Source of the DNA: Macrostomum lignano
Taxonomy: Eukaryota
Direction of reading: 5' to 3'
NCBI GenBank assembly: GCA_002269645.1
Contig: NIVC01002188.1
Coordinates: 91,357-155,356 of the forward strand
DNA: 64,000 bases
Part shown: in pieces, positions 1 through 13,454 of the stretch
How the letters are laid out: every line of letters starts with the position of its first letter
How positions within the stretch are numbered: position 1 is the first letter of the stretch
Position numbers and translations under genes: made by a program
Notes under the pieces: model-generated
Databases searched by the model: none
The model's input: only the letters and a program-made list of their open reading frames with translations
Told to the model about the DNA's origin: nothing

Positions 1-1384
1 GAACAGCTGATGTTCAAAGGTGTCTTTTTGGCTGGGTTTTTTACTACAGATCGATATCTCTAGACTATAGAGAGCAAAGTTTATGCAAGGACAATCGTTC
101 AGATTTTGGCTGAATTTGCCTGTTGCAATACCCGATTTGGCCACACACAGCTCAAAAATGTTACCCGACAAGCAGTGGTAGGTGTCGATGAAAAACTCTT
201 ATAGCTTAGAGCTGGCTTAAAACTTTGATATAGCTTTGGCGTCAAAAGAAGCAGGGATGAAAGTTCTCAGTCGAAACCCGCTTTGCAATCAGACCTCGGA
301 AGCGGAAGAAAAGGAAAGGTTTCTCACAATCTTAAATTACTTTTAAAGTACTTTGTGCTGTCTTTGTTGACACTTACATTTTATTGCCATCATGCATTTC
401 TGCAGCGCTGAGGCATTTTTTAGCAATTTGACGATCGTTGTTCGCACATTTTATGCAGAACAATACATTATTACGTCAAACAGATCGTCAAACAGAAAAA
501 AACAATGGCAAGAATCAGCGGTCGCAGCACGTGACAACGACGTCACGCACTGGAACCGCAGGTTATTTATCGTTTTCGTATGTTTTCGGAACTCTATGGC
601 AGACCCTTTCACTGCAGAACACATGGAATTTTGCTCAAAAGAGGTATTTTCAAGTGACATTGGCGTCAAAAGAAGTATATATAAGTTCTACCGGCTTTCA
701 AAAACCACTTTGCAATAAAACGTCTATAGCTACAGCCTGAGCAATACTCAATAGTGAAAGGACTTATGGAACATCCATCGTATTCTGGCCTAGCAGCAAT
801 ATTTGATCAACTTGCGGACTTGAAAAAACGGACAAAAGTTTAAAATATTGACTCGTCATGCTGGTAATTAAATTTGGTCAGTCAGCATGCTGTATAGTTT
901 TATCTTGACATGCAATTTGTGAGTAAAATTCGCTTTTTAATTTCTGAAGCACATTAACAAATCAATTAAAAGCAGATAAACAAACGCGTATTTTAATAAT
1001 CATTAAAAATACAAAATACTTGTTTTAAAATTTATGTACATATTGTATAAAATAAAAATATTTTGCCAATGAAAATACTAAGTAATCACTAATTATTCCG
1101 TATAAATTATTACAACCTGTTTTCGAGTCCGAGGCGAATAGCTAAGCGTTTTAGATTCCCAATAGAATAGAATGGTTCGATATTTCGAAAGAATTACTGA
1201 ATAATATAAATCACAAAAAATTAACTGACTATGACTTTTCTAATCAATCAAACAGAAAGCTGCGATTGCCACGAGTAAAACAGAAAATAGGAGAAGTTTC
1301 ATTGGTTCAAAATCAAACATTTATATTTTTTTTCACACCCCTGCATTACTCGTATAGGTAACTTTCCTGAAGTCCCACAACGAC

Positions 1385-1930
1385 TACCCAGATCTCTCAA
1401 TGATTACCCCAGATCTCTCAATGATTACCCAGATCTCTCAATGATTTCCCAGATCTCTCAATGATTACCCAGATCTCTCAATGATTACCCAGATCTCTCA
1501 ATGATTACCCAGATCTCTCAATGATTACCCAGATCTCACAATGATTACCCTGATCTCTCAATGATTACCCAGATCTCTCAATGATTACCCAGATCTCTCA
1601 ATGATTACCCAGATCTCTCAATGATTACCCAGATCTCTCAATGATTACCCAGATCTCTCAATGATTACCCAGATCTCACAATGATTACCCTGATCTCTCA
1701 ATGATTACCCAGATCTCTCAATGATTACCCAGATCTCTCAATGATTACCCAGATCTCTCAATGATTACCCAGATCTCTCAATGATTACCCAGATCTCTCA
1801 ATGATTACCCAGATCTCACAAGGATTACCCAGATCTCAATGATTACCCAGATCTCTCAATGATTACACAGATCTCTCAATGATTACCCAGATCTCTCAAT
1901 GATTACACAGATCTCTCAATGATTACCCTG
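1385..1930. repeat. 20-bp minisatellite (atgattacccagatctctca)n
   Basis: Direct tandem array just downstream of the channel stop codon. Confidence 0.95.
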
Positions 1931-1989
1931 AAAACTACTGTCCAGAGGCTCCGCTCCAGTTGTCCACGGAGCCCTGCCTCAAGGCGGGC

Positions 1990-4900
1990 TCAGGCAATGA
2001 TCAGGTAGTAAACCCAGTAGACCACGTTAAACAGTGCAAACGATAGCGGAAAAAATCTTCTCGAAAATTTATCGATTTTTTTAGCCGTCGGCATATTCGG
2101 TCTCTGCTTCGGCATCGGAGGAGCCGCCGACTGAGCCTGCGGCGGTGACGGCGGCGGCGCCTCCTCGAGCATCAGGACGGTGTCGCGCATGAAGACAGGC
2201 GAGTTGCTGTCCGTCCTGATCCGCAGGCCGCTCGAACCGCCGCCGCCGCCGCCGCCGCCACCGCCTCCTCCGATGCCGCCGCGTTTTCGACCGACGCGTC
2301 GAAGAAGCCCGCCGCCGCCGCTGCCGCCGGAGCGCCTGTTGCGGCTGCGGAGCTGCTGCTGCTGCCTCTTGGCGGCGGCTCCAGACGACTCCTCTCTGCT
2401 GTACACATTGACGATTGCAAACTCTAGCAGTGAGGCGAACACGAAACCCAGGCAGACGCTCATCCACACGTCGATGGCTTTGATATAGGACACCTTGGGC
2501 AGGGAGGACTTGGCGCTGGAGGCCTGAGTGGTGATGGTCAGCACTGGGGAGGGAATGGTTGTTGCAGACTTTATCACATCATTATGGGATGGTTATCGTA
2601 GGGTTATCCATAGACATCACATGATTTTATCACATACACATCACATGATTATCAAAAATAGATCGCATGATTATGACATTATTATCACCATGTACATACA
2701 GTATATTCAGCATGATCATCATCATCTCACCTGTGAGCAGTCCCAGACTCACTCGGCCAGGTACGGAGTCGATGTTAAGCCAAAACGAGAACCAACTTAG
2801 AATTACTATCAGAACTGTGGGTATGTAGATCTGGAAATTTCACAATCAGGCAGTGAAGAAATGTTATTATGTTATGATTCATCATGTAATGGGTCATGAT
2901 TTGAGTTACATAATCGGTCATGATTTGAGTTACATGATGGGTCATGATATGAGTCACATAATGGGTCATGATTGAGTCGCATAATGGGTCATGATTTGAG
3001 TCACATAATGGGTCATGATTTGAGTTACATAATGGGTCATGATTTGAGTTACATAATGGGTCATGATTTGAGTTACATAATGGGTCATGATTTGAGTTAC
3101 ATGATGGGTCATGATATAGGTCGCAGTATGGGTCATGATTTGAGTCACATAATGGGTCATGATTGGAGTTACATGATGGGTCATGATATTGGTAGCAATA
3201 TGGGTCATGATGAGTCACATCATGGGTCATGATTTGAGTCGCATAATGAATCATGATATGAGTCACATAATGGGTCATGATATGAGTCACATAATGGGTC
3301 ATGATATGAGTCACATAATGGGTCATGATATGAGTCGCATAATGGGTCATGATATGAGTCACATAATGGGTCATGATATGAGTCACATAACGGGTCATGA
3401 TTTGAGTCACATAATGGGTCATGATTTGAGTCGCATAATGAATCATGATATGAGTCACATAATGGGTCATGATATGAGTCACATAATGGGTCATGATATG
3501 AGTCACATAATGGGTCATGATATGAGTCGCATAATGGGTCATGATTTGAATCACATAATGGGTCATGATTTGTGTCACATAACGGGTCATGATTTGAGTC
3601 ACATTGTGGGTCATGATTTGAGTCACATAATGAGTGATATGAGTCACAAAATGGGTCATGATTTGAGTCACATAGTGGGTCATGAAGACTCGCATAATGG
3701 GTCATGATTTTAGTCACATAGTGGGTCATGAAATGGGTCACATACTAGCCCTACTATCCGTCATGATATGAGTTGAGCTGTCACAAACCTGAATAAGGAA
3801 ATAGCCAAAGTCCCTCTTCAACTCGAAGGTCATCTGCAGGCACGGATAGGCACCAGTCGTGTAATTGAGATCGCAGGATTTCAGGTGGACATTCTTTAAA
3901 TCAAACTGGGGCATGGTCAGGTCCTCTGGTATGTCGTCTGGTCGGCGTGGTGGTTGCAACCACTTGAAGGCCACGGTGTCCATGGTGTGGCCGACTGGAG
4001 TTCCGGCAAGGTTTTGCAATGACCAATGACCATTTGTTAAATGGGTTATTCAAAAAGTTCGTAAAATTGTCGTCAATGTCTTTTTGAAGGGTCAAGCTAA
4101 ATAAGATGGGAACCTGTTAGATAGAATGGGAACTTGTTAGATAGAATGGGAACGTGTTAGATAGAATGGGAACCTGTTAGATAGGATGGAAACCTGTTAG
4201 ATAGGATGGTATCCTGTTAGATAGGAAAGTGATCTAATGAGCAAGCAGACTCACAGCTTTCGAACATCATAGGGCACATCTGGGTGTCCAATGGGTATTT
4301 TTTCAAATTCATCTCGCAGGATAACGTGATTGACAATCTGCCAATTAAACAAATAATTTAATAATTGTAGTCACTTAATACTACTTTGAATTGGACTTAT
4401 TAGTAGTAACGCGCGAGAATGAAATTAACTTACTTGATGACGTACCAAATTCGTCCATTGGGCTCAAGATTCATAAACCGGTTGGGTATTGTGACCGAGT
4501 GGAAGGCGGCCTTCTTCTCGTTTCTGCGGTTTGTAAAGAAGTCTAAATTTTTTATGAGGATCATAATAGAACTGGTTATCGGCCGTCAAAAATGATAAGA
4601 TTAGAACTGGGTATCGGCCTTCAAAAATGATAAGATTGGAACTGGTTATCGGCCTTCAAAAATGATAAGATTGGAACTGGTTATCGGCCGTCAAAAATGA
4701 TAAGATTAGAACTGGGTATCGGCCTTCAAAAATGATAAGATTGGAACTGGTTATCGGCCTTCAAAAATGATAAGATTGGAACTGGGTATCGGGGCCTTCA
4801 AAAAGATAAGATTGGAACTGGTTATCGGCCTTCAAAAATGATAAGATTGGAACTGGTTATCGGCCTTCAAAAATGATAAGATTAGAACTGGTTATCGGGG

Positions 4901-7900
4901 CCTTCAAAAAGATAAGATTAGAACTGGTTATCGGCCTTCAAAAATGATAAGATTAGAACTGGTTATCGGGGCCTTCAAAAAGATAAGATTAGAACTGGTT
5001 ATCGACCTTCAAAAATGATAAGATTAGAACTGGGTATCGGGGCCTTTAAAAAGATAAGATTAGAACTGGTTATCGACCTTCAAAAATGATAAGATTAGAA
5101 CTGGGTATCGGGGCCTTCAAAAAGATAAGATTAGAACTGGGTATCGGCCTTCAAAAAATGATAAGATTGGAACTGGTTATCGGCCGTCAAAATGATAAGA
5201 TTGGAACTGGTTATCGGCCTTCAAAAATGATAAGATTAGAACTGGTTATCGGGGCCTTCAAAAAGATAAGATTGGAACTGGTTATCGGCCTTCAAAAAAT
5301 GATAAGATTGGAACTGGTTATCGGCCGTCAAAAATGATAAGATTGGAACTGGTTATCGGCCTTCAAAAATGATAAGATTAGAACTGGTTATCGACCTTCA
5401 AAAATGATAAGATTAGAACTGGGTATCGGGGCCTTTAAAAAGATAAGATTAGAACTGGTTATCGACCTTCAAAAATGATAAGATTAGAACTGGGTATCGG
5501 GGCCTTCAAAAATGATAAGATTGGAACGGGTTATCGACCTTCAAAAATGATAAGATTAGAACTGGGTTTCGGCCTTCAAAAATGATAAGATTAGAACTGG
5601 GTTTCGGCCTTCAAAAATGATAAGATTAGAACTGGGTTTCGGCCTTCAAAAATGATAAGATTAGAACTGGGTGTAGCCTCTAACAGTTATCAGAATGGAG
5701 GACCAAAATAAGTGACTTATAGTTGCTTTAAGTATTTTGATTTTTATCAAACCAGACAACACATTTGTATATTTATATCTGCAGCTAAACACTCTAATAG
5801 CAGGCATTAGAAAGTACAAGTACAGATACAAATTGCTGCATCTCCGACAAGCCAGACTGCCAGAGCCACAACTGCAGTCGTTTAATCAAAGCTCGCCATC
5901 CCCCGGTGGCCGGCTCTCGGTCACGCACGAATGGCCCAGCATAAGAGTGCCTGCCAGCGTCTCCATTCCAGCTTTACTACTTCCAGATGCACTATATTAT
6001 CCAGAGACCCCTCAGACAAGACCAAAAAACTTTCGCCGATGGATAGTTTACACCGTTAAAAAATATTTGAAGCAGACCGCGCACCTGAGAAACACGTCGG
6101 GCACCCAGATCTTCTCCCAGATGTTGTCTTCCAGCTTGATTTGCGCCTTGCCGCCAACTTCGCTGCTGTTGTAGCTCAGCCTGGGATCCGTCCACTGCAG
6201 CCGGAGGTAAATGGTTAGCGAGTAGTCCTGCAATCGTGTGGGGATGGCGATTTGTATTTAAGTATTGCCATGGACCCGATATGTATCGAAATCTTGTATG
6301 AACCCAATAAGTATCGAAATCTTGTATGAACCCAATAAGTATCGAAATCTTGTATTAACCCAATAAGTATCGAAATCTTGTATTAACCCGATTGTATCGA
6401 AATCTTCTATATACACGATGTGTATCGAAATCTTATGAATCCGATATGTATCGAAATCTACAGATAACTTACCATGGTAGCCTCACTAATAGAATAGAAA
6501 CCGATCACGTAGATTCCTATATACACTGTAGTTGTAGAATCTGTAAAAAATTATCAAATCAAATTACCGAATAAATTGATTTATAGATTTGGCAACAACG
6601 CAGGGAATCGAACCCGGGTCCTTAAGCACAAAAGAGTTTACCGAGATAGACCATTCAGCAGAAACTTCCCCTGTATTCCCTTTATTAACAAACCAGTGTT
6701 ATATAAAATGATGCAGCCTCTCAGTCTCACCTCCATTCGGGCTGTTTTGCCTCGTGTAGTTCTTCAGCATTTTGTCCACTACGCGCTTTCTGAAATTCGG
6801 CATTGCAAATGGCGAATCATGATCAGGCAGATGCAAGTCCTAATGTTACACTTTTATAACCCTTTTCAAGCATGTTCCGTGCCGGCAAGCAATAAAGATA
6901 GCAGTGGACCCGCTTCAGACTTATTCTGAAATTGTTCCGGGTCAAATAATGGCGAACGGGTCTTGTAGTTCCATGTAGGCGCTGCCGTTGTTCTTGTTAG
7001 TCAGAATTGGGGTAGCTTTACAAACAAAGCTTTACCGGACTGAAGATAAGTCCTTAGGGACACCGGAATGTTATACGGACAGACTGATATGGCATTGATG
7101 TATGACATACAATATTTGAATACAGTCCTAGCACGACAAATGCTGCAATGCATAATGGGATTTTACCCTAACTGTCTATGACTCTATGACCTAAAACTGC
7201 CAATGGCACAAAACTGTTTGCAACGTAAAACTGGTTATGATTATGACCCAAATACTTTTATGACGGACATTTTATGACACTATCTGTCTATGGGCAAAAA
7301 TTTTGTATATGGCCCAAAACTGCCTATGACACAAAACTGTCTCCGACCCGAAATTGTCTATGAGCCTAAACTGTCTATGACACAAAATCGTCTATGACAC
7401 AAAACTGTCTATGACCTAAAACTGTCTGTGACCCAAAACTGTCTATGACCCAAAACTGTCTATGACCCAAAACTGTCTATGACCCAAAACTGTCTATGAC
7501 CCAAAACTGTCTATGACCCAAAACTTTCTACGACACGAAACTATCTATGACCCAAAACTGTCTATGACCCAAAACTGTATGACCCAAAACTGTCTATGAC
7601 CCTAACTGTCTATGACCCAAAACTATCTATGACCAACTCTGTCTATGACCCAAAACTGTCTATGACCCAAAACTGTCTATGACCCAAAATTGTCTATGAC
7701 CCATAACTGTATGACCCAAAACTGTCTATGACCCATAACTGTATGACCCAAAACTGTCTATGACCCAAAACTGTATGACCCAAAACTGTCTATGACCTCA
7801 ACTGTCTATGACCCAAAACTATGTATGACCAACTCTGTCTATGACCCAAAACTGTCTATGAACTCCCTGTGCTCACACGCGGGGGCAGGCAAAAGCTCCG

Positions 7901-9970
7901 CATTACAGCGCAAATCGTCAGCAACAGACTTTGCAGGCGCCATCGCATAGCAACGGCAGTTCAAATGTGTTTAAAAACTGGATCGGGTGAGCAAAATTTA
8001 CAACCGCAAAAGCCAGTTAGCAGAAGTTTATATAAACAAATTATTCTTATCAAAATATAACAAACTAAGCTATTGTCCTAACTTGTCTAAAGTGGCTATT
8101 TTAACAAAAAAACTGTTATTGAGCCATTAGCTTAAAAAACTGAAAACAAAGAGTTGAAACAAAGATCTGAAGAGCTAGTGCAGAAACGGATATGAATATG
8201 CCGTATTAGTTAGAGAAGAAGTTAGCGGTTAAAGTATATTGAATTCATCATCTCAGCCATTCGCATTTAAACTTTTCACGGCAAGAAAATCAAAAAAAAC
8301 TTTTTCGAGCAACTGCTCTGCCGACTGCCCAGCTGCTCACATGAGGCCGTCACTTTTTCGACTGAAATTCGGGAATTAACATGAGAGCAAGAACGCTTGC
8401 GTATTAATACTTGAACTTTTGCATTCGATCACTATATGGCTCATAGTTATAGAAATATTGATGATGGCGCGCAGGAAGTGAAGGTGCATTTTGTACTTTG
8501 GCATTTGAATAAACTTGTGCCAAATACTCGAGTTAAGGGGTGCACAACAGCAAAAACCATTTTCCTATAGAGACTCGAATGTGCGAAGTTAAACAAAAAT
8601 TTCTGAATGAGTGCAATGGATGCTCAGGTAATTTATAGCTTAGTGATCCTTTATTTAGTATCAATGACTTTGTAGTAACCCTCTCTCACTGCTGTAACCC
8701 TCTATCGCTGCAGTAACCCTCTCTCACTCCAGTAGCCCCCTCTCACTCCAGTATAGCCCCTCTCTCACTCCAGTAACCCCTCTCTCACTCCAGTAACCCC
8801 TCTCTCACTCCAGTAACCCCTCTCTCACTCCAGTAACCCCTCTCTCACTCCAGTAACCCCTCTCTCACTCCAGTAACCCCGCTCACTCAAGTAACCCTCT
8901 CTCACTCCAGTAACCTCTCTCACTACAGTAGCCCCTCTCACTACAGTAGCCCCTCTCACTACAGTAGCCCCTCTCACTACAGTAGCCCCTCTCACTCCAG
9001 TAACCCCTCTCACTACAGTAACACCTCTCACTCCAGTAACCCCTCTCACTACAGTAGCCCCTCTCATTCCAGTAACCCCTCTCACTACAGTAGCCCCTCT
9101 CACTACAGTAGCCCCTCTCACTCCAGTAACCCTCTCACTACAGTAACCCCTCTCACTCCAGTAACCCCTCTCACTCCAGTAACCCCTCTCTCACTCCAGT
9201 AACCCCTCTCTCACTCCAGTAACCCCTCTCTCACTCCAGTAACCCCTCTCTCACTCCAGTAACCCCTCTCTCACTCCAGTAACCCCTCTCTCACTCCAGT
9301 AACCCCTCTCTCACTCCAGTAACCCCGCTCACTCAAGTAACCCTCTCTCACTCCAGTAACCCCTCTCACTACAGTAGCCCCTCTCACTCCAGTAACCCCT
9401 CTCACTACAGTAGCCCCTCTCACTACAGTAGCCCCTCTCACTCCAGTAACCCCTCTCACTCCAGTAACCCCTCTCACTCCAGTAACCCCTCTCACTACAG
9501 TAGCCCCTCTCACTCCAGTAACCCCTCTCACTACAGTATGGGATACCAATAAAGCAATTAGACAGAAAAGACATCCTTAATCACTCCAGCTCATCCCCTA
9601 GGCCAGCGGGTGACTGACTGACTAAATTTCAAACCAATTCCCAGTCTCAGTAGGCAAGCAATAACTAATACGAGTAATAACTAAAATATTTGAGCAAGTA
9701 ACCGGTGCAAGGCCCAGGTGCAAGGCCCCGGTGCAAGACCAGAAAGCTCTCAGTAAAACAGTGCAGATTCGTACTAAGTGCTATCAACCTTCTGCCTCAA
9801 GATTACGCATGCACAGAAATAATTCAGTGGTATTTTATTGATAATAAATTTATCTTCAATTAATTAGCAACTCACGCATTCTCAGCGGAGCTCGGCGCAG
9901 CCTCCGATGTCGCTTTGAGCAGCAGGTGATGCAGCAGCAGGAGTAGCAGAAACCGACTCAGCCAGGCCAT
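1990..9970 (-). CDS. Cys-loop ligand-gated anion channel subunit (GluCl/glycine-receptor-like), 10 exons, ~489 aa
   Basis: Exons, read on the minus strand: 9876-9970 (signal peptide [24 protein letters not shown]), 6921-6992, 6731-6789, 6473-6540 (68 nt), 6085-6227 ([18 protein letters not shown]), 4434-4523 ([14 protein letters not shown]), 4255-4337 (83 nt, Cys-loop [15 protein letters not shown]), 3789-3994 (loop [14 protein letters not shown]), 2731-2830 (M1/M2 ..[11 protein letters not shown]), 1990-2543 (M2-M4, TGA). All introns are GT-AG, phases match, and the total is 1470 nt. The exon 2/3 boundaries are the least certain (weak donor AA|gtctga). Confidence 0.9.
2870..3735. repeat. 24-bp minisatellite (atgggtcatgatttgagtcacata)n in channel intron
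   Basis: Tandem array; source of the spurious MGHDLSHI / MTHYVTHI ORFs. Confidence 0.95.
4105..4225. repeat. 20-bp minisatellite (gttagatagaatgggaacct)n
   Basis: About 5 degenerate tandem copies in a channel intron. Confidence 0.85.
4560..5670. repeat. 35-bp minisatellite (aaaaatgataagattagaactggttatcggccttc)n
   Basis: Tandem array in a channel intron. Confidence 0.95.
6280..6460. repeat. ~28-bp degenerate tandem repeat (gtatcgaaatcttgtatgaacccaataa)n
   Basis: About 6 degenerate copies in a channel intron. Confidence 0.8.
6590..6662 (-). other. Degenerate tRNA-derived relic (SINE head or tRNA pseudogene)
   Basis: The minus strand has a B-box GGTTCGATTCC (6604-6614) and an A-box-like TGCTGAATGG about 45 nt upstream. 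I cannot build a full cloverleaf. Confidence 0.3.
7170..7860. repeat. 17-bp minisatellite (tgtctatgacccaaaac)n
   Basis: Tandem array, degenerate at its left edge. Confidence 0.95.
8670..9537. repeat. 18-20-bp minisatellite (ctcactccagtaacccct)n
   Basis: Tandem array in channel intron 1. Confidence 0.95.
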
Positions 9971-10104
9971 CAATGGCTCAATTCAGGTTGCAATCAGGTT
10001 GATGATCGTCCAGGTTGCTTCAGGTCATAAGATTAAGGCCAAGGTCACTCAGGATACTCCAGGTCAAAACACGCTCCGGGTCAATTCAGGTCAAGGTTGA
10101 GTCC

Positions 10105-10860
10105 ACAGATCTATAGATGAAGGTAAAACAGATCTAGAGATGAAGGGACGACAGATCTAAAGATGAAGGTACTACAAATCTATAGATGAAGTAAGACAGA
10201 TCTAGAGATGAAGGTTCTACAGATCTATAGATGAAGTAAGACAGATCTAGAGATGAAGGTTCTACAGATCTATAGATGAAGTAAGACAGATCTAGAGATG
10301 AAGGTACTACAGATCTATAGATGAAGTAAGACAGATCTAGAGATGAAGGGACGACAGATCTATAGATAAAGTAAGACATATCTAGAGATGAAGGAACGAC
10401 AGATCTATAGATGAAGTAAGACAGATCTAGAGATGAAGGTACTACAGATCCATAGATGAAGTAAGACAGATCTAGAGATGAAGGGACGACAGATCTATAG
10501 ATAAAGTAAGACATATCTAGAGATGAAGGAACGACAGATCTATAGATGAAGTAAGACAGATCTAGAGATGAAGGGACGACAGATCTATAGATTAAGTAAG
10601 ACAGATCTAGAGATGAAGGGACGACAGATCTATAGATGAAGGTAGGACAGATCTAGAGATGAAGGGACGACAGATCTATAGATGAAGGTAGGACAGATCT
10701 AGAAATAAATTAAGACAGATCTAGAGATGAAAGTACGACAGGTCTATAGATGAAGTAAGACATATCTAGAGATGAGGTAAGACAGATATTGAGATAAACT
10801 TAGATTGATCTATGGGTAAAATAGGGTAGCTCTAGAGATGTAATGAGATATATCTAGAGA
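10105..10860. repeat. ~45-bp higher-order repeat of two related subunits rich in AGATCT/TCTAGA/CTATAG palindromes
   Basis: Alternating cagatctatagatgaagtaaga and cagatctagagatgaagggacga subunits. Confidence 0.9.
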
Positions 10861-11519
10861 CAAGAGTCAACTTATACCTCATTCTGCCACCGCATTTCCA
10901 ATAGATTTGCACACCCAAAGCTCTTAACCACCAGGGAGTCTGCAAATCGCAAAATCGCAAAATGCATCCGGGACTCCACAGTCTGTAAACAGCCATTTTG
11001 CAGCCAAATAGCCCAGCTACTTTGTTCATGTGGCAACATCCCGGGGCGCTGGCCCTAAAAAACGAGAGTTACAACCTACCAGCTATCCCCCAGCCAGTCA
11101 AAAGAGTCTCGGCCGCGCGCACACGACGACAAAGGGCCGAGGACGCGCGGCCAAGGTAAAAAACACAGTTGCGGAAAGAGGTAGACGCCGTCCGAAAGCG
11201 ATAGTTTATGACCCAGCAAACTCCGCGCCGCCGGCTTTGCTTTCTAAGAAATGTAGGCTCCAGGACAGAGAGCTGTTAATGCTTGCCCCAGCGCCTGGCC
11301 CAGAAAGTTCAAACGCTGAAGGATGATGGGTGAGGGAGGATGCTGGAACGCACCAGCTAGCCGGTGTCTTGGCTAAAGCAAAACAAAAGCAGCAGAAAAA
11401 GAATGGCCGGAATAAGTTGACCAGGGTAGAAACACATTTTTGTCATTCATTCTGCGCAGAAGGCACTGGAAACAAAACAGGTGACTGGGAGGTTTCTGTG
11501 CAAATCGATGCGACTCCAG

Positions 11520-11735
11520 ATTTAGAGACTGGGTGAGATAGATTTAAAGATGGGTGAGATAGATTTAGAGACTTGGTGAGATAGATTTAGAGACTGGGTG
11601 AGATAGATTTAGAGATGGAGTGAGATAGGTTTAAAGATGGGTGAGATAGATTTAGAGATGGAGTGAGGTAGATTGGGAGATGGAGTGAGATAGATTTGGA
11701 GATGGGATGAGATAGATTGAGAGGTGGGGTGATGG
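11520..11735. repeat. 22-bp minisatellite (gggtgagatagatttagagact)n
   Basis: Degenerate tandem array. Confidence 0.85.
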
Positions 11736-12144
11736 GGAGCCAGAACTATTCTCCCCCCTTGACCCCGGCCTCTAAAACTTCACTCATTTGAACTGCGTTT
11801 CTAGGCCCCGCCATTTCCATGACAACGTCAGAAGTTGATTGATGACACCATTCAAGCATTAGGCCTCTCGTCATCTCCCCAGTGACAGATGGGATGCGCA
11901 GCGGGAATCAGTGCTTGGGCAGGAAGGCACCAGATTTGCATATTAGCGCACGCATCCCATCTGATTGCTTCCGTGTGCTCTCATTGGAAGTTGTGGGTGC
12001 GGACTCGCCTTCCCTGCACCTTTTGGGTGATGATTGTTTGATGTTGGTAGCAGTTATCACGTGACTTGCTGTGATCGACAATTTGATGATCTTTTTTAAT
12101 TATCAGAAATTGTGACCTTACGAACCGAACTTGTGTACTCATAT

Positions 12145-12812
12145 TTTCAGCTCACCAACAACATTGTCAGCTCACCAACAACATACTAACAACATTGTCA
12201 GCTCACTAACAACATTTTCAGCTCACCAACAACATACTAACAACATTGTCAGCTCACCAACAACATTGTCAGCTCACCAACAACATACTAACAACATTGT
12301 CAGCTCACTAACAACATTGTCAGCTCACCAACAACATACTAACAACAATGTCAGCTCACTGACAACAATTTCAGCTCACTAACAACATTGTCAGCTCACT
12401 AACAACATTGTCAGCTCACCAACAACATTGTCAGCCCACTAACAACATTGTCAGCTCACTAACAACATTGTCAGCTCACCAACAACATTGTCAGCTCACT
12501 AACAACATTGTCAGCTCACTAACAACATTGTCAGCTCACTAACGACATTGTCAGCTCACTAACAACATTGTCAGCTCACTAACAACATTGTCAAATCACT
12601 AACAACATTGTCAGCTCACTAACAACATTGTCAGCCCACTAACAACATTGTCAGCTCACCAACAACATTGTCAGCCCACTAACAACATTGTCAGCTCACT
12701 AACAACATTGTCAGCTCACTAACGACATTGTCAGCTCACTAACAACATTGTCAGCTCACTAACAACATTGTCAAATCACTAACAACATTGTCAGCTCACT
12801 AACAACATTGTC
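12145..12812. repeat. 20-bp minisatellite (aacaacattgtcagctcact)n
   Basis: Tandem array. Confidence 0.95.
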
Positions 12813-13454
12813 ATTTCGTCAAAAAGGTGTTAAAAAACCCATTTCTGTTCCAGTGTTTGATTACATGAATCCTCTAGAATTTCAGTGCAATTCCAATCAA
12901 CCTAATTAGCGCGGTTTTCCTAGAAACTTTCCTAGAAACACCGGAGACACCGATCACGCAATCACGCATTTGGGTGCAGCATTTTACGCTCGTACCTGCT
13001 GGAGAATTAGCACTACTATGTTAATATTTAATGAGCTCACTAATTGAAATGATATAAGGTTTAAAAGGCTGAGATTATAAAACTGTATCGCTGATATAAT
13101 AGAACTTTATTTAATATTAACAACTGGTTGAGCAGTTGGTCTTCGGTTCGATAAAATTCTAGAAAACAGACTTCGACCCGGCTGGAGAATTCGAAGTTGT
13201 CTGATAGGACATGAAAAAGGATTTGATGAGAAAATACGCGTTTCATGTTTTTGTGGGTAGGTCCTGCAGAGAAAACAATGGAAATCCATTTGAGGCTGGC
13301 TTGAAGCAATATTTGCCAACATTTTGCTTGCAAATTTGAAGCGTTTGAGTTTGCTCGCTGAAAATGGCTTGTCAGTGTCCAAAGTGGTGGCATATTTTAA
13401 CTCTTAAAGTGCCATTTGTATGACTCAAAACTGGCTCGTTTATTGTAGTTCTAA

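Noticed and set aside
237-675. Direct repeat TTGGCGTCAAAAGAAG at about 237 and 660, as a possible element end
   Set aside because: The window starts mid-feature, and no TIR, TSD or coding support is visible.
2775-3741. Long ORFs of 170-306 aa with repetitive peptides, here and in other arrays (8825-9574, 13555-14121, 15415-16305, 24575-25220, 38071-41031, 59642-60274)
   Set aside because: They are translations of intronic or intergenic minisatellites that lack stops in some frames; there is no unique coding content.
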